Shown here in pieces: positions 1 through 9,725 of a stretch of 64,000 nt of DNA; position 1 is the stretch's first letter; each line of letters begins with the position of its first letter. Below the pieces are notes generated by a model. The model made no database searches and was not told where the DNA came from. It saw nothing but the letters and a program-made list of their open reading frames with translations. A program made the translations under genes and the position numbers. Source of the DNA: an uncultured Acidimicrobiales bacterium (GTDB taxonomy: Bacteria; Actinomycetota; Acidimicrobiia; Acidimicrobiales; CAZWDB01); assembly GCA_964632885.1 (NCBI GenBank), contig CAZWDB010000003.1:7445-71444 (forward strand). Direction: 5' to 3'.

Positions 1-2480
1 ATGCCGAGATGGTCGAGGACGCGGTCGATGCGGGCGCCGGTCGTGTCGTCCTCCCACGGGGCGAGCGCGGCGTCGGAGTGGGCGGCGACCGTCGCCGCCG
101 ACAGCGCGTCGTCGGCGTGGATGACGATGTCTTGCAGGTCGGCGAGGAACGGGCGGTCGCCGGGCGGGCTGCCGGTGTCGGTGTTGCCGATCGTCGCGTC
201 GATGTAGTCGACGATCGCCGGCGCATCCGTCGTCAACATCGGCTGTTCGACGCCGTCGAGGTAGAGCAGAATGTTCGACGCGGAGGTGGCGACAAGCGCG
301 AAGTGGTGGCGAGCATCGTCGTCGACCCGGTCGTTCGTGACACCAGCCCGAGAGATCACCCCACCCGAGTCCTGTTGGACGCCGCCGAGCAGCTTCCCGG
401 CTTCGCCGGCCGCCCAGTCCTGAATGAACACCGTCACCGACTCGGCGATGCTGCCAGACATGCGGGTGAAGCGGATGATGTAGCGGTCGTCGAACGATCC
501 GTCGATGAGCGGCGCCTTGAACACACCCTCGATCGTGAACGGGTACGAGTCGATCAGGTCCGGGTCGATCGTCACCCGCTCGTCGACGTCGAAGAACGCC
601 GCCGGGCTGTTGTCGCCGACGACGAGGCCGCCCGTCGTCAGCTCCGCGGCGTCTTTCGACCAGGTGCCGTCGTGGTTGTTGCCGGCGGCGTCGACGGCGA
701 CGAGTCCGCGTTTCTCGCCGAGCCGCAGCCATGCCGTGACCGTCGTCGAAGCCTCGATCGTCTGCCGCCACACCGACGGCAGCCGCACCCGGCCGGCACG
801 TTCGAGCGCGTCATGCGCGGGCGCCTCGACCAGCTTCGTCTTGCCGGCGTTCTCGAACCGGCGGAGCCAGCCGTCGATCAATCCGGTGAAGATCCACCCG
901 CCGGCGCAGCCGTAGGTCATCGAGTCGGACACGGCCGCGATCTCGGCGTCGGTCAGCACACGGCGGAAGATCGCCGCGGCGACGAACTCCATATCAGCGG
1001 GGTTGCCGCCTGCCTGACCGTCTCCGATCCGCAGGACGCCGGCGTTCTCCAATGAGTCAACCGCGGCGGTCGAGTTGCTTGTGAGGCCGAGCTGCGCCCC
1101 GTTGTTATAGGTGCGAATGAACTCCACGGAGCGGTCGAGGACCACGGCCGCCGCGTTTAGTTCGCCGTTGTTGAGCACCGTCGACGAGGTGTGATAGTCG
1201 ACGGTGTCAGTGCCGTCGCTGATGACGACGCCGAGTCGGTCGGCGTTACCCGAGCGGTTTTGCAGCAACGAGTAGCGGCCCTTGTCGACGACGGCGAACT
1301 GCGTGCCTCCGAAGTAGCGGAAGACGGCCAGGACCGTGAAACTCTCGCCGGCGGCGAAGTCGAGGCCAGAGGCGTCGGCGACGTCGAGCCGGTCGTCGCT
1401 CCCGAACAGCAGCAGATCGCGGTCGACGACGGCTAGCTTTCGGCCCGACGAGGAACGCGTAAGCGCCCACGTATTGGCCTGCCCGTCGACGAACGACGCG
1501 AACGGTTCGACGACCGCGGCGGTGTCGGTGAAGTCGGGATCGGTGACCACGACGCCGTCCTTGAGCCAGGCGGCGGCATACACCTCGCCGGCGAGCGGGT
1601 CGCCGGTCACCTGGTTCGACTGGCCGACGATCAGCTCGTTAGTGCCCGTATGAAGAGAGCCGGCGGTACCCGACACCTGCGCGCCGAGCTGGGTCCAAGT
1701 GACGGCGGTGTGATCGTTCGTGTCGTCGTCCGAGGTGTAGAAGTCGAGCGCGCCCGTCGACAGGTTGAACACAAACCGGATCCATCGGAGCGCGCCGTCG
1801 TCGAAGCCGGTAGCGACGGTCGAGTCGCCGGCGAGGCTCACGTTCGACGGGTCGAGGACGCGGGCGTGGAGCTTGCCGTTCGAGAGCACCCGAAGGCAGA
1901 GGCGGGTGCTGTTCGCGCCGAGCGGTGATTGTGTGGCGGCCGGTGTCCAGTCTTCGAGCGCGACGCGAACCCGAAGGTCGATCGTCGTACCGCCGTGCAT
2001 CGACACCGTGTAGTTGGTGCGGTGAACGAAGTTGCCGCCGATGCCGGGGCAGTAGAGGTACTGCGTGCCCGACCAGTCGAGGAACTTCGGGTCCGCCGAG
2101 CCGCCAGGGAACGCCGCGTCGTGACCGTTGCCGGTGAGATCGAGCAGCGAGCCCGAACCCGAATACTCCGACGCCGCCCAAAACGCCTCGGGGTCGAGCG
2201 CCAGGACGTGCGGCACGTAGCCGAGCCCGAGCTGCAATCCACGCTCCGGTACCACGTTCGGATAGAACCCCGAGCCGGTGTTGTCTTTCGTCAGCTCGTC
2301 GTCCTGGTTGGCGAGAGTCACAGCCGCCGACGCCGGCTCGTGGCGCTGTAGCTCCGTCTGGCGGCCACGCCGCACCGTCACCCGACGTTTCGCCCGGCTC
2401 GACAGGTCCGACCAAACCGGGGTGTCGGCGACGTCCTCGAAGTTCCCGCGGACCGTCAGCTTCGGCCACTTCGCCGCCAT
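1..2480 (-). CDS. Minor tail protein with LamG/concanavalin-like domains (3' end runs off window)
   Basis: Not in ORF track. ATG at 2480 overlaps the tape-measure TGA; reads MAAKWPKLTVRGNFEDVADTPVWSDLSSRAKRRVTVRRGRQTEL... and is in frame at the window edge (TGARIDRVLDHLG). Confidence 0.85.
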   Translation of the reverse strand, partial: MAAKWPKLTVRGNFEDVADTPVWSDLSSRAKRRVTVRRGRQTELQRHEPASAAVTLANQDDELTKDNTGSGFYPNVVPERGLQLGLGYVPHVLALDPEAFWAASEYSGSGSLLDLTGNGHDAAFPGGSADPKFLDWSGTQYLYCPGIGGNFVHRTNYTVSMHGGTTIDLRVRVALEDWTPAATQSPLGANSTRLCLRVLSNGKLHARVLDPSNVSLAGDSTVATGFDDGALRWIRFVFNLSTGALDFYTSDDDTNDHTAVTWTQLGAQVSGTAGSLHTGTNELIVGQSNQVTGDPLAGEVYAAAWLKDGVVVTDPDFTDTAAVVEPFASFVDGQANTWALTRSSSGRKLAVVDRDLLLFGSDDRLDVADASGLDFAAGESFTVLAVFRYFGGTQFAVVDKGRYSLLQNRSGNADRLGVVISDGTDTVDYHTSSTVLNNGELNAAAVVLDRSVEFIRTYNNGAQLGLTSNSTAAVDSLENAGVLRIGDGQAGGNPADMEFVAAAIFRRVLTDAEIAAVSDSMTYGCAGGWIFTGLIDGWLRRFENAGKTKLVEAPAHDALERAGRVRLPSVWRQTIEASTTVTAWLRLGEKRGLVAVDAAGNNHDGTWSKDAAELTTGGLVVGDNSPAAFFDVDERVTIDPDLIDSYPFTIEGVFKAPLIDGSFDDRYIIRFTRMSGSIAESVTVFIQDWAAGEAGKLLGGVQQDSGGVISRAGVTNDRVDDDARHHFALVATSASNILLYLDGVEQPMLTTDAPAIVDYIDATIGNTDTGSPPGDRPFLADLQDIVIHADDALSAATVAAHSDAALAPWEDDTTGARIDRVLDHLG

Positions 2481-5400
2481 CAGGCGTTGCCTCCGAACAG
2501 GTCGCCGCCGCGGTCGATACCGTCACGAATCTGGTGGTCGGTGACGACCCGCGCGATCTCGCGGCCGTCCAAGTTGACGACCACCGTGCCCGCGCCACCA
2601 CCGCGGCGGCCGCTCGACGACTGGCCGGCCGGCAGCACCCGCTCGCCGTCCTCCAACAGGGCGAGCCCCTCACGCCGGCCCGCCGGCGCGCGGAAGATGC
2701 CGCCGTCGTGGAAGATCGGGATGATCGAACCCTCGCCCATACCGGACGCCCGCTCGAAGTTGCGGACCTGCTCGACGAACTGGTCGAACTCGAGGTCGAG
2801 CCGGATACCCATCGTCTTCTCGGCAGGCAGCTTGTTCAGCTCGCCGAGGATCGACTCGACGACCGCCCGTGTCTCGGTGACGCCGAGGTCGAGCGCGGTG
2901 CCGAGCGACTCCATCGACAAGGTGCCCTGCGTCGACGCGATCGTCGACAACGCCCGCAGCCCAAGCTCGAACTGTTGGGCCGTCTCTTCCGATGCGAGCT
3001 TCGCGCGCCGGCCGAACAGACCCTCCATTTTCGCCAGCTCCGCTTCGGACGCGTCGACCGCCTGCGCGACGAGCCCGGACGCTTCCGGTCCGAGCGCGGC
3101 CAGCTCGGCGGCCACGCCGCCGTGGCCTCGCTTGGCCAGCTCGACAAGGTTCGCCTGCCACTCTTCGGCGGCGACCACCTGCGCCTCTAGTTCGGCGATG
3201 AAGTCGTGGATAGACGCGATCGCGTCGTCGGCCGACTCGCGCATCCCCTCCGCCTGATCTTGAGCGGCGGCGACCGTCTGCTCTGCGGCGTCCTTCGCCG
3301 CCTCGATCTCGTCGTCGGTCGCCTTTTTCACGTCGTCGGCCCGGTCGCGTGCCGCGTCGACAACGAGATCGGCCGCGTCGACGGCCGCCTCCGCCTCCCC
3401 CTCGGCCGCGGCGACAACACCGTCGCGCTGCTCCTTCGCCGCCCGGATCACCGCGTCGCGTTTCGCGTCGGCGTCGGCCATGCGGGCGCGGGCCTCGGCG
3501 CGGGTCAGTTCGCCGGCGTCACGGGCCGCCCGAATCTCAAGCTTCGCTGCGTCGCGGGCCGCGTCGGCCTTCCGCTTCGCCGCCTCGAACACGGCGCCCG
3601 CCTCTTCCTTGGCGACGTCCACCCGGTCGCGTGCCGCGTCCTTCGCTGCCGACAGGGCTTCGCGGGCCAGCTCAACCTCTTCGGTTACGGCGTCGCGGGC
3701 GGCGTCGACACGTTCCGCTGTCGCCTCGATCGACGCGTCAGCGGAGGTGCGGGCCGCCTCGACGATGTCGTCGGACGCTTCGCGGTGCGAGTCGGCGACG
3801 TCTTGGGTGACGGACTCGAACGCCCGCAGCGGGTCGGTCGCATCGGCGAGCGCGGATGCGAGGCTTGACGCCCACTCGGACACGTCGGTGTCGGTGACGC
3901 CCTCGGCGGAGTCGGCGACGTCGTCGAGGCCGTCGGCGAGCCCGCCTGTCTCGCCGGCGGCGCCGGCGATCACATCGGCGGAGTGCTCCTGGTCTTCGTT
4001 CAGCGCCCGCTGCGAGCCGATCGTGTCGTCGAGGATCTCGCGGAGGTGGGCAGTTTCCTCGCCTTGGGCGTCGAGCGCTTCGATGATCCGCTCCGCGCCG
4101 GCGATGTTCGTGTCGGCGACGACCTGGAAAGCCTCGGCCTGCGCCCGCTGCTCGTCGGTAAGGTTGCTCCACGCCTCCCTGGCGAGCGACAGGACGCCGC
4201 TGCCGGGCTTGAATGCCCGGCCGAGCTGGTCGAGGGCGGAGCCGTGCGTGCGGACACCGTCGGTCATTTCCTCGAACTCTGCGACGATCTCGCGGCCCTC
4301 TAGACCGGCCATCGACTTCGCCGTCTCCTGGAGTTTCTCGTCGAGCCGGTCGAGGGACGCTCCGAGCTGTTGGACGACGAGCACCATCGACGCGAGTCCG
4401 ACGCCGCGGCCGATCCTTCCAAGCACCCGGTCGGCTCGGGCGCCGGCGGTGCCGAGATCTCGGAGCGCTTCGCGGGCCATGCGGACCCGCGGGATCATGG
4501 TGCCGATCGCGCCGAGCGCCAGGAGGCTGCCGCCGGACACCGCGGTGAGCCCGCCGGCCGCGGCCTGTAGCGGGCCGGGCAAGCCGGTCATCGTTTCGGC
4601 CATCTCACCGAACACGGAGGCACCGGCCCGGATCGCCGGTGTCAACGTCTCACCAAACCCTATGGCCGCCTCGATCGCCTGGTCGCGTGCGACCTTGAGC
4701 TGCGCGGCGGTTGTCTCGTACCGCTTCTCCGCCTCTTCGGTCAGGGCGATGTTGTCGGTCCACGCGGCGCTGCCCCGGTCGATCGACTGGCGCATAAGGT
4801 CGCCGGCCGACGCGGAGCGCAGCAACGCGTCTCGGAGCCGCTGTTCCTGCAGCCCGAGGTCTTCGAGGACACCGAACACGTCGCCGCCCGACTCCTGCAT
4901 CCGCCCCAAACCCTCGATGAAGGAAACCATGGCGCCGGCGGCGTCCTCGCCGAACTGTTGGCTGAACTGCTCGGCCGACACACCCGCGACCCGAGCGAAC
5001 GCTTCGACGTCTTCGCCGCCGGCGTTGACAGCCTCGGACACCTTGATAAACGCCCGCGAGATCGCGGTACCGCCCGCCTGCGACCGGACACCAACCGACG
5101 AGAGGGCGGCGGCGAAGCCGAGCACTTCCGACTCGGTCAACCCGATCTGCGCGCCGGCACCCGAGATGCGGAGCGCCATGTCGAGAATCTCGCCCTCGGT
5201 CGTCGCCGAGTTGTTGCCGAGGTCGACGACGGCCGAACCGAGCCGGCGGACGTCCTCGGGGGCGGTGCCCATGATGTTCGTCATCCGGGCGATCGCGGTC
5301 GCGGCGTCGCTAGCGGAGATGTTCGTCGTCTCTCCGAGGTCGACCATCGTGCGGGTGAAGTCGGAGACGTCGCCGGTCGCGACGCCCAACTGGCCGGCCG

Positions 5401-5764
5401 CTTCGGCGACGCCGGCGATCTCGCGGTGCGACGCCGGCAGCTCGGTCGCCATCGACCGCAGCTCGCCTTGCAGCTTGCCCATCTGCTCGGCGGAGCCGTC
5501 GACGGTCTTCGTGACGCCCGCCCAGGCTGTCTCCCAATCGATAGCGGCTTTGGCGCCGGCGCCGGCGGCGGCGACGAGGACGAGCCCGGCTCGGGTGGCG
5601 GTGCCGCCCAGCTCGCGCATCGCCGTGTTTTGACGGTGCATCGACTCGCGGGAGCGGCGGGCGGCGCCCTCGACGCCGGCCAGGTCGTCGCGGACCCCAC
5701 GGACGCCGGCACGCGCGCCGGCCGTCTCCGACTCGATCAGGATGCGGAGACGCGGGTCAGCCAT
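2480..5764 (-). CDS. Tail tape measure protein (TP901-like)
   Basis: 1094 aa, Ala-rich; AAIDWETAWAGVTKT...AGQLG...VDLGNNSATTEGEI motifs; C-terminal FHDGG...VVNLDGREIA. Confidence 0.95.
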   Translation of the reverse strand: MADPRLRILIESETAGARAGVRGVRDDLAGVEGAARRSRESMHRQNTAMRELGGTATRAGLVLVAAAGAGAKAAIDWETAWAGVTKTVDGSAEQMGKLQGELRSMATELPASHREIAGVAEAAGQLGVATGDVSDFTRTMVDLGETTNISASDAATAIARMTNIMGTAPEDVRRLGSAVVDLGNNSATTEGEILDMALRISGAGAQIGLTESEVLGFAAALSSVGVRSQAGGTAISRAFIKVSEAVNAGGEDVEAFARVAGVSAEQFSQQFGEDAAGAMVSFIEGLGRMQESGGDVFGVLEDLGLQEQRLRDALLRSASAGDLMRQSIDRGSAAWTDNIALTEEAEKRYETTAAQLKVARDQAIEAAIGFGETLTPAIRAGASVFGEMAETMTGLPGPLQAAAGGLTAVSGGSLLALGAIGTMIPRVRMAREALRDLGTAGARADRVLGRIGRGVGLASMVLVVQQLGASLDRLDEKLQETAKSMAGLEGREIVAEFEEMTDGVRTHGSALDQLGRAFKPGSGVLSLAREAWSNLTDEQRAQAEAFQVVADTNIAGAERIIEALDAQGEETAHLREILDDTIGSQRALNEDQEHSADVIAGAAGETGGLADGLDDVADSAEGVTDTDVSEWASSLASALADATDPLRAFESVTQDVADSHREASDDIVEAARTSADASIEATAERVDAARDAVTEEVELAREALSAAKDAARDRVDVAKEEAGAVFEAAKRKADAARDAAKLEIRAARDAGELTRAEARARMADADAKRDAVIRAAKEQRDGVVAAAEGEAEAAVDAADLVVDAARDRADDVKKATDDEIEAAKDAAEQTVAAAQDQAEGMRESADDAIASIHDFIAELEAQVVAAEEWQANLVELAKRGHGGVAAELAALGPEASGLVAQAVDASEAELAKMEGLFGRRAKLASEETAQQFELGLRALSTIASTQGTLSMESLGTALDLGVTETRAVVESILGELNKLPAEKTMGIRLDLEFDQFVEQVRNFERASGMGEGSIIPIFHDGGIFRAPAGRREGLALLEDGERVLPAGQSSSGRRGGGAGTVVVNLDGREIARVVTDHQIRDGIDRGGDLFGGNA

Positions 5765-5948
5765 TCATTTCCCGTTCGTGGTCACGGGCGGCGCCACGGG
5801 CGGTGTAGAAGTGCCGCCACTTGTGCCACTCGGCGGAGGACACCCGATCCCGCAACTCTTCGACAGAGCAACGCATCCGGTCGGCGAGGACGAAGTCGAA
5901 CACCTCGCCGTCCTCGTCGGGTTCAGCCCCCGTCAGAATCAGCAGGAA
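5757..5948 (-). CDS. Tail assembly chaperone extension (gpT-like), made by frameshift or from GTG 5903
   Basis: FDFVLADRMRCSVEELRDRVSSAEWHKWRHFY between chaperone and tape measure. Confidence 0.7.
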   Translation of the reverse strand, partial: FLLILTGAEPDEDGEVFDFVLADRMRCSVEELRDRVSSAEWHKWRHFYTARGAARDHEREMNG

Positions 5949-6267
5949 ACCGCTTCTCCGTCGAAGCGGCGACCTCCTTGCCGATGCCGGACAGAGCGAG
6001 GATCTTGTCGGAGACGCGGCGCACCTCCGCCGACGGCGCGTTCGCCCGCCACGTCTCGACCTCGTCGACGGTGAGGGCGGGGGCGACCATGCCGGCGGCG
6101 ATGACGAGCGCCTCCCACCGCGACCGGTCGTCGTCGGACTCTTCCGACGCTGCGAACACCTCGGTACGCGACAGCCCGCGAACGACGACGGTGCCGAGGC
6201 CGGCAATGTCGACGTCGCCTTCGTCGAGGCGGCGGGACAGAAGCTTGTCTTTGTCGACCGCGGCCAT
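5923..6267 (-). CDS. Tail assembly chaperone (gpG-like)
   Basis: MAAVDKDKLLSRRLDEGDVDIAGLGTVVVRGLSR; position after tail tube; start overlaps upstream TGA. Confidence 0.85.
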   Translation of the reverse strand: MAAVDKDKLLSRRLDEGDVDIAGLGTVVVRGLSRTEVFAASEESDDDRSRWEALVIAAGMVAPALTVDEVETWRANAPSAEVRRVSDKILALSGIGKEVAASTEKRFPADSDGG

Positions 6268-6698
6268 CAGTGGCTCGCCCGAGTGAACGCGTCGTCGCCG
6301 GTGAGTGTCGCGGTGAACCCGACGAGGTTCGTCGAGCCGACCTGCGAGCTGGGCCGATATTCCTCGACCCACACCTCGCCCGTGTACTTCGGGTTGCCGG
6401 CGGTGGTGCCGGCGAACGACAGCTCCAACGTGCGGGTCTCCGTGTCGGTCTGCGCGGTGCCGAGGATCTCGTCGATCTGTGACGCCGCCGGGTCGTAGAA
6501 CCCGGAGATGCGGACCTGGTTGTCGGCGAGGCCGGGCACGCCGCGGCGCACCGCGGTGTCGCCGAACGTTGTCGAGTCCGGCAGCCCAAGCGACCGGCCG
6601 TAGTCGACGGAGGTGATATGGGCCTTGATGTCGGTCAGCGCGCCGCCGGCCGACGCGTCGATCTTGACGACTGTGTCCTTTGAGTGGGTCTTCGCCAT
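6267..6698 (-). CDS. Major tail (tube) protein
   Basis: 143 aa; DSTTFGD...VPGLAD...NPKYTGEV; RBS GAAGGAG. Confidence 0.85.
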   Translation of the reverse strand: MAKTHSKDTVVKIDASAGGALTDIKAHITSVDYGRSLGLPDSTTFGDTAVRRGVPGLADNQVRISGFYDPAASQIDEILGTAQTDTETRTLELSFAGTTAGNPKYTGEVWVEEYRPSSQVGSTNLVGFTATLTGDDAFTRASH

Positions 6699-6719
6699 GA
6701 GGGCTGCTCTCCTTCGTGG

Positions 6720-7472
6720 TTAGGTGCGCGCGAACGCGACGACGGGGGTTATCGAGCCCGAACCGAGACCAAGACCGAGACGTGCACGCGTGTAACGGTT
6801 CACGGTGCCGGTGACGGTCTTCCGCTCGAACGTCTCGGTGGCGGCGGCAATCGACGCGAACTCGATGAGGTCAGCGAACGTCGAGTCGTCGGCAGAGTCC
6901 TGCACGATGACGGCGGAGGCGTCATCACGAGTGTTCGCGATGACGTGAAGGTGGCCGACGCCACCGTCCGCCGAACTGGCACCGTTGTCGTGCGAAGCGC
7001 CGTCGAAGGCGGCCCCACGCGACGTCTCGTCGTGCAACGCGACGCCGCGGTCGATGCCGCCGTCGCACTCCAAGCTCGCCCGCCACATGACCACCTCGGA
7101 CGTCTGCGCGGTCGGCCGGTACTCGCCCGTCCGCACGTCGCCGAGATAGCACGGGTTCCCGACCGTCTGCATCCCGGCGTAGGCGACCGTCACCGGGCGT
7201 GGGACGGTGTCCTCGATCGCCTCTTTCAGCTCGCGGTCAGTCGACGCCTCGCCGGCCGTTTCGGCGTCGTCGTCGGTGTCGTACTCGAACATGCCGTCGA
7301 AACGGACCGAGGCATCACGTTCGCCCGGCACCTCGCGGCGGATGGCTTCGTCGTGGAAACCGGTCGAGTCCGGCACCGGCCGTGTCTGTGTGTGCTCGAC
7401 GCCTTTCAGGAACTTGGTGTGCCGGTACGCGGCGAGTAGCACCTCGGTTTCTTTGGTGTGCTGCTTCGTCAC
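6720..7472 (-). CDS. Second tail-tube paralog with C-terminal beta-rich extension
   Basis: N-terminal ~145 aa aligns by eye to 6267..6698. Confidence 0.75.
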   Translation of the reverse strand: MTKQHTKETEVLLAAYRHTKFLKGVEHTQTRPVPDSTGFHDEAIRREVPGERDASVRFDGMFEYDTDDDAETAGEASTDRELKEAIEDTVPRPVTVAYAGMQTVGNPCYLGDVRTGEYRPTAQTSEVVMWRASLECDGGIDRGVALHDETSRGAAFDGASHDNGASSADGGVGHLHVIANTRDDASAVIVQDSADDSTFADLIEFASIAAATETFERKTVTGTVNRYTRARLGLGLGSGSITPVVAFART

Positions 7473-7825
7473 TCGTCGTCACCTCCCGGCTCGACGCCGG
7501 CGCTGCGGTCGGCGACGCCGAACCGATTGCCGTCGTCACCCACCACGGGCACGTCCTCTGCGGCGACCTTGCCGCCGGTCGCCAGCTCGGGGGCCGGCTC
7601 GTGCGGCTGGCGGGCTGGGAGCTCGCAGCCGCGCTCGCACACGACGTGCTGCTCGACCAGCCACGGCGACCGGGCAACCACCTCGGCCGGCACCGGCTCG
7701 CCGGCTTCGATGCGGACGTCGCCGCCGCCCGACTGATAGTTGAGGCCGACGAGCGCCACCCGCTCGGGGCCAGCCTTCGCCGTCGCCTTCGTGGTCGGCT
7801 CGGCCGTCTTCTTTGTAGGGCTCAT
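7469..7825 (-). CDS. Hypothetical virion-region protein
   Basis: MSPTKKTAEPTTKA...; overlapping start/stop with neighbours. Confidence 0.7.
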   Translation of the reverse strand: MSPTKKTAEPTTKATAKAGPERVALVGLNYQSGGGDVRIEAGEPVPAEVVARSPWLVEQHVVCERGCELPARQPHEPAPELATGGKVAAEDVPVVGDDGNRFGVADRSAGVEPGGDDE

Positions 7826-8235
7826 GCCCACACCTCCAACAGGAACTCGCAGCCGAGGTAATCGGTCGTGCCGACCCGGTACTGGCCGCTGTTGCGGACA
7901 CCGGCGATCGTCGACGTGTCGACAACGCCGCCGAGGGTTACGTCGCCGTCGATCGCCGCGCGGACCGAGTCGGAGCCGGTGCCGGCCATGAGGTCGTCCA
8001 GCTCTTCCCAACCGGAGAAGTCGTCGACGCCGCCGATGAACGCGCGGACCGGCAGCGTCAGGTGGTCGACGCCGCCGCCGAACGCCTCGTCGTAGGAGAG
8101 GCCCTCGACGGGGCCAATCACGAAGCACTTGGCGACGATCGAACCGACCGGGCGGTCGTACACCTCCCAGCCGGTGATCGTGAGCAGCCGCGTCTTCGCG
8201 CCGGCCCGGATGCTGGCGATGTCGGGGAGCGCCAT
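7822..8235 (-). CDS. Tail terminator-like protein
   Basis: MALPDIASIRAG...SVRAAIDGDVTLGGVVD...YLGCEFLLEV; synteny. Confidence 0.75.
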   Translation of the reverse strand: MALPDIASIRAGAKTRLLTITGWEVYDRPVGSIVAKCFVIGPVEGLSYDEAFGGGVDHLTLPVRAFIGGVDDFSGWEELDDLMAGTGSDSVRAAIDGDVTLGGVVDTSTIAGVRNSGQYRVGTTDYLGCEFLLEVWA

Positions 8236-8690
8236 CAGCGGCCCCCCCGCCAACGGTCGGCGATGTCACGGCCGAGCTGCCCGAGAAAGCCGGGCACGAG
8301 CGGCTGTAGCCGCTTCCATGCCCGGTCGAGGAACGGGTTGGGTTTGGTGCCGCGCCGCGCGATCGCGCGTTGTAGCGCGTACGGGTTGACGCCGTGCCGT
8401 TGGCCCCACCGGATCAGCGGGGCGATCGGCGGCCAGTGTGGGCGGCTGCCGTCGTGGACGGCCCTGGCGTAGTCGACGTTCGGGCCGAACTGTCCCCAGC
8501 CGGGGATGCTGGCCCGGTCGACTTCGGCGTTGATGGAGTTGGCGAGCCGGCCGGTGTCGACGGGCGCCTCTTCACGAGCGAGCGACTGGCCGGCGATCGT
8601 GACGCGGTTGAGGAAGTCGGTCAGCGGTTCGCCGATGAGGTGGTCGACGTCGATCCGTTCGAACCCTTCGCCTTCGACGCGGACTGTCAT
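8235..8690 (-). CDS. HK97 gp10-family neck protein
   Basis: APVDTGRLANSI, NVDYARAVHDG, GTKPNPFL motifs. Confidence 0.85.
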   Translation of the reverse strand: MTVRVEGEGFERIDVDHLIGEPLTDFLNRVTIAGQSLAREEAPVDTGRLANSINAEVDRASIPGWGQFGPNVDYARAVHDGSRPHWPPIAPLIRWGQRHGVNPYALQRAIARRGTKPNPFLDRAWKRLQPLVPGFLGQLGRDIADRWRGGR

Positions 8691-9304
8691 CAGCCGACCC
8701 CTGCGAGGCGGAACTTGCGGAACGGGGCGAGCAGCCGCTTCACCTCGGGATCGTCGGCGGCGAGGCGAAGCTGGCCGACGTCGAGGTCGCCGGCGACACC
8801 GAACGGGGCGTCCTTCCGCTTGAACAGCCGCGACATGAGCACCGAGCACGCCTGCTCGATGTCGACCGGCACCGACGGCCACCCCCACGTTGCCGTCACC
8901 TCGACGTGAGGGTTACGGGTGGCGGTGAGGAACCGGCGGGTGTCGACGGCGAGAATCCGGTAGCCGGGCTCGCCGTCGGTGTCGGCGTTGAGTGGTTCGG
9001 TGAGGAAGTCGCCGGCCGCCCAGGTGATCTCGAACGTGCCGTCGTCGTCGTCGTCGGTCTTGACCGTCACCGTTTCGCCGGCGTCGAAGTCGTCGACGAA
9101 CAGAATGTCGGTGTCGGCGGCCCGGTAGCGGCGGGCGGAGGCGGAACCGTCGAGGTAAAAGCGACGGCCGGTGCGGCGGTCGATCTCGCGGGACGCGGCT
9201 TCGACGGCCCGGTCGATGATGCCGTCGCGGACAGCGCTGGTGATGGTGGCGCCGAGGACGTCCTTTGCCTCTTCGAGGGTGAGGTAGCCGTTCGTGATCG
9301 CCAC
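8690..9304 (-). CDS. Head-tail connector/adaptor protein
   Basis: YLTLEEAK...AASREIDRRTGRRF...TATWGWPSVPVDIEQAC. Confidence 0.85.
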   Translation of the reverse strand: MAITNGYLTLEEAKDVLGATITSAVRDGIIDRAVEAASREIDRRTGRRFYLDGSASARRYRAADTDILFVDDFDAGETVTVKTDDDDDGTFEITWAAGDFLTEPLNADTDGEPGYRILAVDTRRFLTATRNPHVEVTATWGWPSVPVDIEQACSVLMSRLFKRKDAPFGVAGDLDVGQLRLAADDPEVKRLLAPFRKFRLAGVG

Positions 9305-9305
9305 G

Positions 9306-9440
9306 TCACACCTCCCGGCGGCGTTTGCGGTCGCGGAGCGGCCGGCCGAGGGCGTCGCAGATCACGTCGCCTCGGGCGACCAGGTCGGGCGGCTTCTCGA
9401 CGGTGCGGGTGCCGCGGCGGACGACGACCTTGCGTTCCAT
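9306..9440 (-). CDS. Small hypothetical protein (44 aa)
   Basis: MERKVVVRRGTRTVEKPP...; fills gap in coupled operon. Confidence 0.5.
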   Translation of the reverse strand: MERKVVVRRGTRTVEKPPDLVARGDVICDALGRPLRDRKRRREV

Positions 9441-9721
9441 CAGTGGTGCGGCTCGAACTCGACGTCGACGACGGGGGACGTGCCGGTGAGGTCGGCGTGG
9501 ATGTCGGTCGCCATGTGGACGCCGTCCTCGTGCCCGCAACGCCACGTCGCGGACTCGTTCGCGGCGGCTTTGAGGGTGACGCGTTCGGTTCCGCCCGAGC
9601 CGCCGTCGCGGATGATGACCGTCGCCGCGTCGGAGCCGGCCGTCAACACAACCGAATACAGAAACGACGCGTCGTCGTAGACGGTGGCGTCGGCGCCCTT
9701 CTCGATCATCCTCGACGGCAT
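9440..9721 (-). CDS. Hypothetical structural protein
   Basis: 93 aa, beta-rich, in head operon. Confidence 0.65.
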   Translation of the reverse strand: MPSRMIEKGADATVYDDASFLYSVVLTAGSDAATVIIRDGGSGGTERVTLKAAANESATWRCGHEDGVHMATDIHADLTGTSPVVDVEFEPHH

Positions 9722-9725
9722 CCGG

